From assembly GCA_964016885.1 (NCBI GenBank), contig OZ024749.1:20584001-20648000 (forward strand): a stretch of 64,000 nt of DNA, given 5' to 3'. The stretch comes from Eledone cirrhosa. Its lineage: Eukaryota. Every line of letters begins with the position of its first letter. Position 1 is the first letter of the stretch. Under the pieces are notes generated by a model, which was not told where the DNA came from, ran no database searches, and saw only the letters and a list, made by a program, of their open reading frames with translations. Positions 1-11,900 of the stretch are shown here, one piece after another. The position numbers were made by a program, and so were the translations under genes.

Positions 1-20
1 GTGACTGTTGACATAGTAGA

Positions 21-83
21 GTGGACTATACCATACTGTGGTACCTACTTACAGCTAGGTGGACTGTGACTGTTGACAGTACA
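21..83 (+). repeat. Reference 63-bp monomer: A unit (21-58, 38 bp) + B unit (59-83, 25 bp), each starting with GTGGACT
   Basis: Read directly from the sequence; the next monomer starts with GTGGACTATACC at 84. Confidence 0.97.
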
Positions 84-725
84 GTGGACTATACCATACT
101 GTGGTACATACTTACAGCTAGGTGAACTGTGACTGTTGGCACAGTACAGTGGACTATACCATACTGTGGTACCTACTTACAGCTAGGTGGACTGTGACTG
201 TTGGCACAGTACAGTGGAATATATCATATAGTGGTACCTACTTACAGCTAGGTGGACTGTGACTGTTGACACTACAGTGGACTATACCACACTGTGGTAC
301 CTACTTACAGCTAGATGGACTGTGACTGTTGACAATACAGTGGACTATACCATATTGTGGTACCTACTTACAGCTAGGTGGACTGTGACTGTTGACATAG
401 TACAGTGGACTATAAGATACTGTGGTGCCTACTTACAGCTAGGTGGACTGTGACTGTTGACAGTACAGTGGACTATACCATACTGTGGTGCCTACTTACA
501 GCTAGGTGGACTATGACTGTTGACATAGTACAGTGGACTATACCATACTGTGGTACCTACTTACAGCTAGGTGGACTGTGACTGTTGACATAGTACAGTG
601 GACTATACCATACTGTTCTACCTACTTACAGCTAGGTGGACTGTGACTGTTGACAGTACAGTGGACTATACCATACTGTGGTACCTACTTACAGCTAGGT
701 GGACTGTGACTGTTGACATAGTACA

Positions 726-801
726 GTGGACTATACCATACTGTGGTACCTACTTACAGCTAGGTGGACTATACCACACTGTGGTACCTACTTAGAGCTA
801 G
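726..801 (+). repeat. A-A doublet (truncated 38-bp monomer lacking the B unit), example of a recurrent landmark
   Basis: The A unit at 726-763 is followed directly by GTGGACTATACCACACTGTGGTACCTACTTAGAGCTAG (764-801). The same structure recurs near 2080, 5125, 6505, 7760, 9080 and onward through the window. Confidence 0.95.
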
Positions 802-3800
802 GTGGACTGTGACTATTGACATAGTACAGTGGACTATACCATACTGTGGTGCCTACTTACAGCTAGGTGGACTGTGACTGTTGGCACAGTACAGTGGACT
901 ATACCATACTGTGGTACCTACTTACAGTTAGGTGGACTGTGACTCTTGACAGTACAGTGGACTATACCAGACTGTGGTCCCTACTTACAGCTAGGTGGAC
1001 TGAGCTGTTGACAGTACAGTGGACTATACCATACTGTGGTAGCTACTTACAGCTAGGTGGACTGTGACTGTTGGCACAGTACAGTGGACTATACCAGACT
1101 GTGGTACCTACTGACAGCTAGGTGGACTGAGATGTTGATATAGTACAGTGGACTATACCATACTGTGGTACCTACTTACAGCTAGGTGGACTGTGACTTT
1201 TGACAGTACAATGGACTATACCATACTGTCGTGCCTACTTACAGCTAGGTGGACTGTGACTGTTGACATAGTAGAGTGGACTATACCATACTGTGGTACC
1301 TACTTACAGCTAGGTGGACTGCGACTGTTGACAGTACAGTGGACTATACCATACTGTGGTACATACTTACAGCTAGGTGAACTGTGACTGTTGGCACAGT
1401 ACAGTGGACTATACCATACTGTGGTACCTACTTACAGCTAGGTGGACTGTGACTGTTGGCACAGTACAGTGGAATATATCATATAGTGGTACCTACTTAC
1501 AGCTAGGTGGACTGTGACTGTTGACACTACAGTGGACTATACCACACTGTGGTACCTACTTACAGCTAGATGGACTGTGACTGTTGACAGTACAGTGGAC
1601 TATAACATATTGTGGTACCTACTTACAGCTAGGTGGACTGTGACTGTTGACATAGTACAGTGGACTATACCATACTGTGGTGCCTACTTACAGCTAGGTG
1701 GACTGTGACTGTTGACAGTACAGTGGACTATACCATACTGTGGTGCCTACTTACAGCTAGGTGGACTATGACTGTTGACATAGTACAGTGGACTATACCA
1801 TACTGTGGTACCTACTTACAGCTAGGTGGACTGTGACTGTTGACATAGTACAGTGGACTATACCAACTGTGGTACCTACTTACAGCTAGGTGGACTGAGC
1901 TGTTGACATAGTACAGTGGACTATACCATACTGTTCTACCTACTTACAGCTAGGTGGACTGTGACTGTTGACAGTACAGTGGACTATACCATACTGTGGT
2001 ACCTACTTACAGCTAGATGGACTGTGACTGTTGACATAGTACAGTGGACTATACCATACTGTGGTACCTACTTACAGCTAGGTGGACTATACCACACTGT
2101 GGTACCTACTTGGAGCTAGGTGGACTGTGACTATTGACATAGTACAGTGGACTATACCATACTGTGGTGCCTACTTACAGCTAGGTGGACTGTGAGTGTT
2201 GGCACAGTACAGTGGACTATACCATACTGTGGTACCTACTTACAGCTAGGTGGACTGTGACTCTTGACAGTACAGTGGACTATACCAGACTGTGGTCCCT
2301 ACTTACATCTAGGTGGACTGAGCTGTTGACAGTACAGTGGACTATACCATACTGTGGTAGCTACTTACAGCTAGGTGGACTGTGACTGTTGGCACAGTAC
2401 AGTGGACTATACCAGACTGTGGTACCTACTGACAGCTAGGTGGACTGAGATGTTGATATAGTACAGTGGACTATACCATACTGTGGTACCTACTTACAGC
2501 TAGGTGGACTGTGACTTTTGACAGTACAATGGACTATACCATACTGTGGTGCCTACTTACAGCTAGGTGGACTGTGACTGTTGACATAGTAGAGTGGACT
2601 ATACCATACTGTGGTACCTACTTACAGCTAGGTGGACTGTGACTGTTGACACTACAGTGGACTATACCACACTGTGGTACCTACTTACAGCTAGATGGAC
2701 TGTGACTGTTGACAGTACAGTGGACTATACCATATTGTGGTGCCTACTTACAGCTAGGTGGACTATGACTGTTGACATAGTACAATGGACTATACCATAC
2801 TGTGGTACCTACTTACAGCTAGGTGGACTGTGACTGTTGACATAGTAGAGTGGACTATACCAACTGTGGTACCTACTTACAGCTAGGTGGACTGAGCTGT
2901 TGACATAGTACAGTGGACTATACCATACTGTTCTACCTACTTACAGCTAGGTGGACTGTGACTGTTGACAGTACAGTGGACTATACCATACTGTGGTACC
3001 TACTTACAGCTAGGTGGACTGTGACTGTTGACATAGTACAGTGGACTATACCATACTGTGGTGCCTACTTACAGCTAGGTGGACTGTGACTGTTGACAGT
3101 ACAGTGGACTATACCATAATGTGGTGCCTACTTACAGCTAGGTGGACTATGACTGTTGACATAGTACAGTGGACTATACCATACTGTGGTACCTATTTAC
3201 AGCTAGGTGGACTGTGACTGTTGACAGTACAGTGGACAATACCAGACTGTGGTACCTACTTACAGCTAGGTGGACTGTGACTGTTGGCACAGTACAGTGG
3301 ACTATACCATACTGTGGTGCCTACTTACAGCTAGGTGGACTGTTACTGTTGACATAGTACAGTGGACTATTCCATACTGTGGTACCTACTTACAGGTAGG
3401 TGGACTGTGACTGTTGACAGTACAGTGGACTATACCATACTGTGGTACCTACTTACAGCTAGGTGGACTGAGCTGTTGACATAGTACAGTGGACTATACC
3501 ATACTGTGGTACCTACTTACAGCTAGGTGGACTGTGACTGTTGACAGTACAGTGGACTATACCATACTGTGGTACCTACTTACAGCTAGGTGGACTGTGA
3601 CTGTTGACATATTACAGTGGACTATACCATACTGTGGTACCTACTTACAGCTAGGTGCACTGTGACTGTTGACATAGTACAGTGGACTATACCAACTGTG
3701 GTACCTACTTACAGCTAGGTAGACTGAGCTGTTGAGATAGTACAGTGGACTATACCATACTGTGGTACCTACTTACAGCTAGGTGGACTGTGACTGTTGA

Positions 3801-6800
3801 CAGTACAGTGGACTATACCATACTGTGGTACCTACTTACAGCTAGGTGGACTGTGACTGTTGACATAGTACAGTGGACTATACCAACTGTGGTACCGACT
3901 TACAGCTAGCTGGACTGAGCTGTTGACATAGTACAGTGGACTATACCATACTGTGGTACCTACTTACAGCTAGGTGGACTGTGACTGTTGACAGTACAGT
4001 GGACTATACCAGACTGTGGTACCTACTTACAGCTAGGTGGACTGTGACTGTTGGAACAGTACAGTGGACTATACCATACTGTGGTGCCTACTTACAGCTA
4101 GGTGGACTGTGACTGTTGACAGTACAGTGGACTATACCATACTGTGGTACCTACTTACAGCTAGGTGGAGTGTGACTGTTGACATAGTACAGTGGACTAT
4201 ACCATACTGTGGTACCTACTTACAGCTAGGTGGAATGTGACTGTTGACATAGTACAGTGGACTATACCATACTGTGGTACCTACTTACAGCTAGGTGGAC
4301 TGTGACTGTTGACATAGTACAGTGGACTATACCAAACTGTGGTACCTACTTACAGCTAGGTGGACTGTGACTGTTGACAGTACAGTGGACTATACCATAC
4401 TGTGGTACCTACTTACAGCTAGGTGGACTGTGACTGTTGACATAGTACAGTGGACTATACCATACTGTGGTACCTACTTACAGCTAGGTGGACTGAGCTG
4501 TTGACATAGTACAGTGGACTATACCATACTGTGGTACCTACTTACAGATAGGTAGACTGAGCTGTTGACATAGTACAGTGGACTATACCATACTGTGGTA
4601 CCTACTTACAGCTAGGTGGACTGTGACTGTTGACAGTACAGTGGACTATACCATACTGTGGTACCTACTTACAGCTAGGTGGACTGTGACTGTTGACATA
4701 GTACAGTGGACTATACCAACTGTGGTACCTACTTACAGCTAGCTGGACTGAGCTGTTGACATAGTACAGTGGACTATACCATACTGTGGTACCTACTTAC
4801 AGCTAGCTGGACTGTGACTGTTGACAGTACAATGGACTATACCATACTGTGGTACCTACTTACAGCTAGGTGGACTGTGACTGTTGACATAGTACAGTGG
4901 ACTATACCAACTGTGGTACCTACTTACAGCTAGGTGGACTGAGCTGTTGACATAGTACAGTGGACTATACCATACTGTTCTACCTACTTACAGCTAGGTG
5001 GACTGTGACTGCTGACAGTACAGTGGACTATACCATACTGTGGTACCTACTTACAGCTAGGTGGACTGTGACTGTTGACATAGTACAGTGGACTATACCA
5101 TACTGTGGTACCTACTTACAGCTAGGTAGACTATACCACACTGTGGTACCTACTTAGAGCTAGGTGGACTGTGACTATTGACATAGTACAGTGGACTATA
5201 CCATACTGTGGTGCCTACTTACAGCTAGGTGGACTGTGACTGTTGGCACAGTACAGTGGACTATACCAGACTGTGGTACCTACTTACAGCTAGGTGGACT
5301 GTGACTCTTGACAGTACAGTGGACTATACCAGACTGTGGTCCCTACTTACAGCTAGGTGGACTGAGCTGTTGACAGTACAGTGGACTATACCATACTGTG
5401 GTAGCTACTTACAGCTAGGTGGACTGTGACTGTTGGCACAGTACAGTGGACTATACCAGACTGTGGTACCTACTGACAGCTAGGTGGACTGAGATGTTGA
5501 CATAGTACAGTGGACTATACCATACTGTGGTTCCTACTTACAGCTAGGTGGACTGTGACTTTTGACAGTACAGTGGACTATACCATACTGTGGTGCCTAC
5601 TTACAGCTAGGTGGACTGTGACTGTTGACATAGTAGAGTGGACTATACCATACTGTGGTACCTACTTACAGCTAGGTGGACTGTGACTGTTGACAGTACA
5701 GTGGACTATACCATACTGTGGTACATACTTACAGCTAGGTGGACTGTGACTGTTGACAGTACAGTGGACTATACCATACTGTGGTACCTACTTACAGCTA
5801 GGTGGACTGTGACTTTTGACAGTACAATGGACTATACCATACTGTGGTGCCTACTTACAGCTACGTGGACTGTGACTGTTGACATAGTAGAGTGGACTAT
5901 ACCATACTGTGGTACCTACTTACAGCTAGGTGGACTGTGACTGTTGACACTACAGTGGACTATACCACACTGTGGTACCTACTTACAGCTAGATGGACTG
6001 TGACTGTTGACAGTACAGTGGACTATACCATATTGTGGTACCTACTTACAGCTAGGTGGACTGTGACTGTTGACATAGTACAGTGGACTATACCATACTG
6101 TGGTGCCTACTTACAGCTAGGTGGACTGTGACTGTTGACAGTACAGTGGACTATACCATACTGTGGTGCCTACTTACAGCTAGGTGGACTATGACTGTTG
6201 ACATAGTACAATGGACTATACCATACTGTGGTACCTACTTACAGCTAGGTGGACTGTGACTGTTGACATAGTACAGTGGACTATACCAACTGTGGTACCT
6301 ACTTACAGCTAGGTGGACTGAGCTGTTGACATAGTACAGTGGACTATACCATACTGTTCTACCTACTTACAGCTAGGTGGACTGTGACTGTTGACAGTAC
6401 AGTGGACTATACCATACTGTGGTACCTACTTACAGCTAGGTGGACTGTGACTGTTGACATAGTACAGTGGACTATACCATACTGTGGTACCTACTTACAG
6501 CTAGGTGGACTATACCACACTGTGGTACCTACTTAGAGCTAGGTGGACTGTGACTATTGACATAGTACAGTGGACTATACCATACTGTGGTGCCTACTTA
6601 CAGCTAGGTGGACTGTGACTGTTGGCACAGTACAGTGGACTATACCATACTGTGGTACCTACTTACAGCTAGGTGGACTGTGAGTCTTGACAGTACAGTG
6701 GACTATACCAGACTGTGGTCCCTACTTACAGCTAGGTGGACTGAGCTGTTGACAGTACAGTGGACTATACCATACTGTGGTAGCTACTTACAGCTAGGTG

Positions 6801-8949
6801 GACTGTGACTGTTGGCACAGTACAGTGGACTATACCAGACTGTGGTACCTACTGACAGCTAGGTGGACTGAGATGTTGATATAGTACAGTGGACTATACC
6901 ATACTGTGGTACCTACTTACAGCTAGGTGGACTGTGACTTTTGACAGTACAATGGACTATACCATACTGTGGTGCCTACTTACAGCTAGGTGGACTGTGA
7001 CTGTTGACATAGTAGAGTGGACTATACCATACTGTGGTACCTACTTACAGCTAGGTGGACTGTGACTGTTGACAGTACAGTGGACTATACCATACTGTGG
7101 TACATACTTACAGCTAGGTGAACTGTGACTGTTGGCACAGTACAGTGGACTATACCATACTGTGGTACCTACTTACAGCTAGGTGGACTGTGACTGTTGG
7201 CACAGTACAGTGGAATATATCATATAGTGGTACCTACTTACAGCTAGGTGGACTGTGACTGTTGACACTACAGTGGACTATACCACACTGTGGTACCTAC
7301 TTACAGCTAGATGGACTGTGACTGTTGACAATACAGTGGACTATACCATATTGTGGTACCTACTTACAGCTAGGTGGACTGTGACTGTTGACATAGTACA
7401 GTGGACTATACCATACTGTGGTGCCTACTTACAGCTAGGTGGACTGTGACTGTTGACAGTACAGTGGACTATACCATACTGTGGTGCCTACTTACAGCTA
7501 GGTGGACTATGACTGTTGACATAGTACAGTGGACTATACCATACTGTGGTACCTACTTACAGCTAGGTGGACTGTGACTGTTGACATAGTACAGTGGACT
7601 ATACCATACTGTTCTACCTACTTACAGCTAGGTGGACTGTGACTGTTGACAGTACAGTGGACTATACCATACTGTGGTACCTACTTACAGCTAGGTGGAC
7701 TGTGACTGTTGACATAGTACAGTGGACTATACCATACTGTGGTACCTACTTACAGCTAGGTGGACTATACCACACTGTGGTACCTACTTAGAGCTAGGTG
7801 GACTGTGACTATTGACATAGTACAGTGGACTATACCATACTGTGGTGCCTACTTACAGCTAGGTGGACTGTGACTGTTGGCACAGTACAGTGGACTATAC
7901 CATACTGTGGTACCTACTTACAGTTAGGTGGACTGTGACTCTTGACAGTACAGTGGACTATACCAGACTGTGGTCCCTACTTACAGCTAGGTGGACTGAG
8001 CTGTTGACAGTACAGTGGACTATACCATACTGTGGTAGCTACTTACAGCTAGGTGGACTGTGACTGTTGGCACAGTACAGTGGACTATACCAGACTGTGG
8101 TACCTACTGACAGCTAGGTGGACTGAGATGTTGATATAGTACAGTGGACTATACCATACTGTGGTACCTACTTACAGCTAGGTGGACTGTGACTTTTGAC
8201 AGTACAATGGACTATACCATACTGTGGTGCCTACTTACAGCTAGGTGGACTGTGACTGTTGACATAGTAGAGTGGACTATACCATACTGTGGTACCTACT
8301 TACAGCTAGGTGGACTGCGACTGTTGACAGTACAGTGGACTATACCATACTGTGGTACATACTTACAGCTAGGTGAACTGTGACTGTTGGCACAGTACAG
8401 TGGACTATACCAGACTGTGGTACCTACTGACAGCTAGGTGGACTGAGATGTTGATATAGTACAGTGGACTATACCATACTGTGGTACCTACTTACAGCTA
8501 GGTGGACTGTGACTTTTGACAGTACAATGGACTATACCATACTGTGGTGCCTACTTACAGCTAGGTGGACTGTGACTGTTGACATAGTAGAGTGGACTAT
8601 ACCATACTGTGGTACCTACTTACAGCTAGGTGGACTGTGACTGTTGACACTACAGTGGACTATACCACACTGTGGTACCTACTTACAGCTAGATGGACTG
8701 TGACTGTTGACAGTACAGTGGACTATACCATATTGTGGTGCCTACTTACAGCTAGGTGGACTATGACTGTTGACATAGTACAATGGACTATACCATACTG
8801 TGGTACCTACTTACAGCTAGGTGGACTGTGACTGTTGACATAGTAGAGTGGACTATACCAACTGTGGTACCTACTTACAGCTAGGTGGACTGAGCTGTTG
8901 ACATAGTACAGTGGACTATACCATACTGTTCTACCTACTTACAGCTAGG

Positions 8950-11900
8950 TGGACTGTGACTGTTGACAGTACAGTGGACTATACCATACTGTGGTACCTA
9001 CTTACAGCTAGGTGGACTGTGACTGTTGACATAGTACAGTGGACTATACCATACTGTGGTACCTACTTACAGCTAGGTGGACTATACCACACTGTGGTAC
9101 CTACTTAGAGCTAGGTGGACTGTGACTATTGACATAGTACAGTGGACTATACCATACTGTGGTGCCTACTTACAGCTAGGTGGACTGTGACTGTTGGCAC
9201 AGTACAGTGGACTATACCATACTGTGGTACCTACTTACAGCTAGGTGGACTGTGACTCTTGACAGTACAGTGGACTATACCAGACTGTGGTCCCTACTTA
9301 CAGCTAGGTGGACTGAGCTGTTGACAGTACAGTGGACTATACCATACTGTCGTAGCTACTTACAGCTAGGTGGACTGTGACTGTTGGCACAGTACAGTGG
9401 ACTATACCAGACTGTGGTACCTACTGACAGCTAGGTGGACTGAGATGTTGATATAGTACAGTGGACTATACCATACTGTGGTACCTACTTACAGCTAGGT
9501 GGACTGTGACTTTTGACAGTACAATGGACTATACCATACTGTGGTGCCTACTTACAGCTAGGTGGACTGTGACTGTTGACATAGTAGAGTGGACTATACC
9601 ATACTGTGGTACCTACTTACAGCTAGGTGGACTGTGACTGTTGACAGTACAGTGGACTATACCATACTGTAGTACATACTTACAGCTAGGTGGACTGTGA
9701 CTGTTGACAGTACAGTGGACTATACCATACTGTGGTACCTACTTACAGCTTGGTGGACTATACCACACTGTGGTACCTACTTACAGCTAGGTGGACTGTG
9801 ACTGTTGAAAGTACAGTGGACTATACCAGACTGTGGTACCTACTTACAGCTAGGTGGACTATACCACACTGTGGTACCTACTTACAGCTAGGTAGATTGT
9901 GACTGTTGACAGTACAGTGGACTATACCATACTGTGGTACCTACTTACAGCTAAGTGGACTGTGACTGTTGGCACAGTACAGTGGACTATACCAAACTGT
10001 GGTACCTGCTTACAGCTAGCTGGACTGTGACTGTTGACAGTACAGTGGACTATACCATACTGTGGTACCTACTTACAGCTAGGTGGACTGTGACTGTTGG
10101 CACAGTACAGTGGACTATACCATACTGTGGTACCTACTTACAGCTAGGTGGACTGTGACTGTTGACAGTACAGTGGACTATACCATACTGTGGTACCTAC
10201 TTACAGCTAGGTGGACTGTGATTGTTGACATAGTACAGTGCACTATACCATACTGTGGTACCTACTTACAGCTAGGTGGACTATACCACACTGTGGTACC
10301 TACTTAGAGCTAGGTGGACTGTGACTGTTGACATAGTACAGTGGACTATTCCATACTGTGGTGCCTACTTACAGCTAGGTGGACTGGGACTGTTGGCACA
10401 GTACAGAGGACTATACCATACTGTGGTACCTACTTACAGCTAGCTGGACTGAGCTGTTGACATAATACAGTGGACTATACCATACTGTGGTACCTACTTA
10501 CAGCTAGGTGAACTGTGACTATTGACAGTACAGTGGACTATACCAGACTGTGGTCCCTACTTACAGCTAGGTGGACTGAGCTGTTGACAGTACAGTGGAC
10601 TATACCATACTGTGGTAGCTACTTACAGCTAGGTGGACTGTGACTGTAGGCACAGTACAGTGGACTATACCAGACTGTGGTACCTACTGACAGCTAGGTG
10701 GACTGAGATGTTGACATAGTACAGTGGACTATACCATACTGTGGTACCTACTTACAGCTAGGTGGACTGTGACTGTTGACAGTACAGTGGACTATACCAT
10801 ACTGTGGTGCCTACTTACAGCTAGGTGGACTGTGACTGTTGACATAGTAGAGTGGACTATACCATACTGTGGTACCTACTTACAGCTAGGTGGACTGTGA
10901 CTGTTGACAGTACAGTGGACTATACCATACTGTGGTACCTACTTACAGCTAGGTGGACTGTGACTGTTGACAGTACAGTGGACTATACCATACTGTGGTA
11001 CCTACTTACAGCTTGGTGGACTATACCACACTGTGGTACCTACTTACAGCTAGGTGGACTGTGACTGTTGAAAGTACAGTGGACTATACCACACTGTGGT
11101 ACCTACTTACAGCTAGGTAGACTGTGACTGTTGACAGTACAGTGGACTATACCATACTGTGGTACCTACTTACAGCTAAGTGGACTGTGACTGTTGGCAC
11201 AGTACAGTGGACTATACCATACTGTGGTACCTACTTACAGCTAGCTGGACTGTGACTGTTGACAGTACAGTGGACTATACCATACTGTGGTACCTACTTA
11301 CAGCTAGGTGGACTGTGACTGTTGGCACAGTACAGTGGACTATACCATACTGTGGTACCTACTTACAGCTAGGTGAACTGTGACTGTTGGCACAGTACAG
11401 TGGACTATACCATACTGTGGTACCTACTTACAGCTAGGTGGACTGTGACTGTTGGCACAGTACAGTGGAATATATCATATAGTGGTACCTACTTACAGCT
11501 AGGTGGACTGTGACTGTTGACACTACAGTGGACTATACCACACTGTGGTACCTACTTACAGCTAGATGGACTGTGACTGTTGACAGTACAGTGGACTATA
11601 CCATATTGTGGTACCTACTTACAGCTAGGTGGACTGTGACTGTTGACATAGTACAGTGGACTATACCATACTGTGGTGCCTACTTACAGCTAGGTGGACT
11701 GTGACTGTTGACAGTACAGTGGACTATACCATACTGTGGTGCCTACTTACAGCTAGGTGGACTATGTCTGTTGACATAGTACAGTGGACTATACCATACT
11801 GTGGTACCTACTTACAGCTAGGTGGACTGTGACTGTTGACAGTACAGTGGACAATACCAGACTGTGGTACCTACTTACAGCTAGGTGGACTGTGACTGTT

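Larger units (their letters stand above)
1..9060. repeat. Block duplication: 1-~1400 at +6,996 and ~2400-3060 at +5,998
   Basis: ORF pairs 259/7255, 598/7594, 867/7863 and 1148/8144 (+6,996) and 2594/8592 (+5,998). Shared rare variants GACAATACAG (331/7327) and CAGTTAGG (925/7921). Confidence 0.88.

Noticed and set aside
54-62. Chi-like motif GCTAGGTGG (compare E. coli Chi GCTGGTGG and the minisatellite core AGGTGG)
   Set aside because: It is not an exact Chi, such short similarity is expected by chance, and nothing indicates a RecBCD context.
21-85. tRNA or tRNA-derived SINE tandem array
   Set aside because: No acceptor stem, no GTTCRA T-loop/B box and no convincing A box.
73-92. Sigma70-like TTGACA followed by TATA-like bases in most monomers
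   Set aside because: TTGACA is present, but there is no good TATAAT at 16-18 bp spacing and no downstream gene, so it is treated as coincidental.
21-148. Satellite-encoded hammerhead ribozyme (as in newt satellite 2 or schistosome Sm-alpha), prompted by the three stems
   Set aside because: The conserved CUGANGA and GAAA core is absent from the consensus on both strands, and the stems are serial rather than closing a three-way junction. An Infernal/Rfam scan would be needed to exclude other ribozyme classes.
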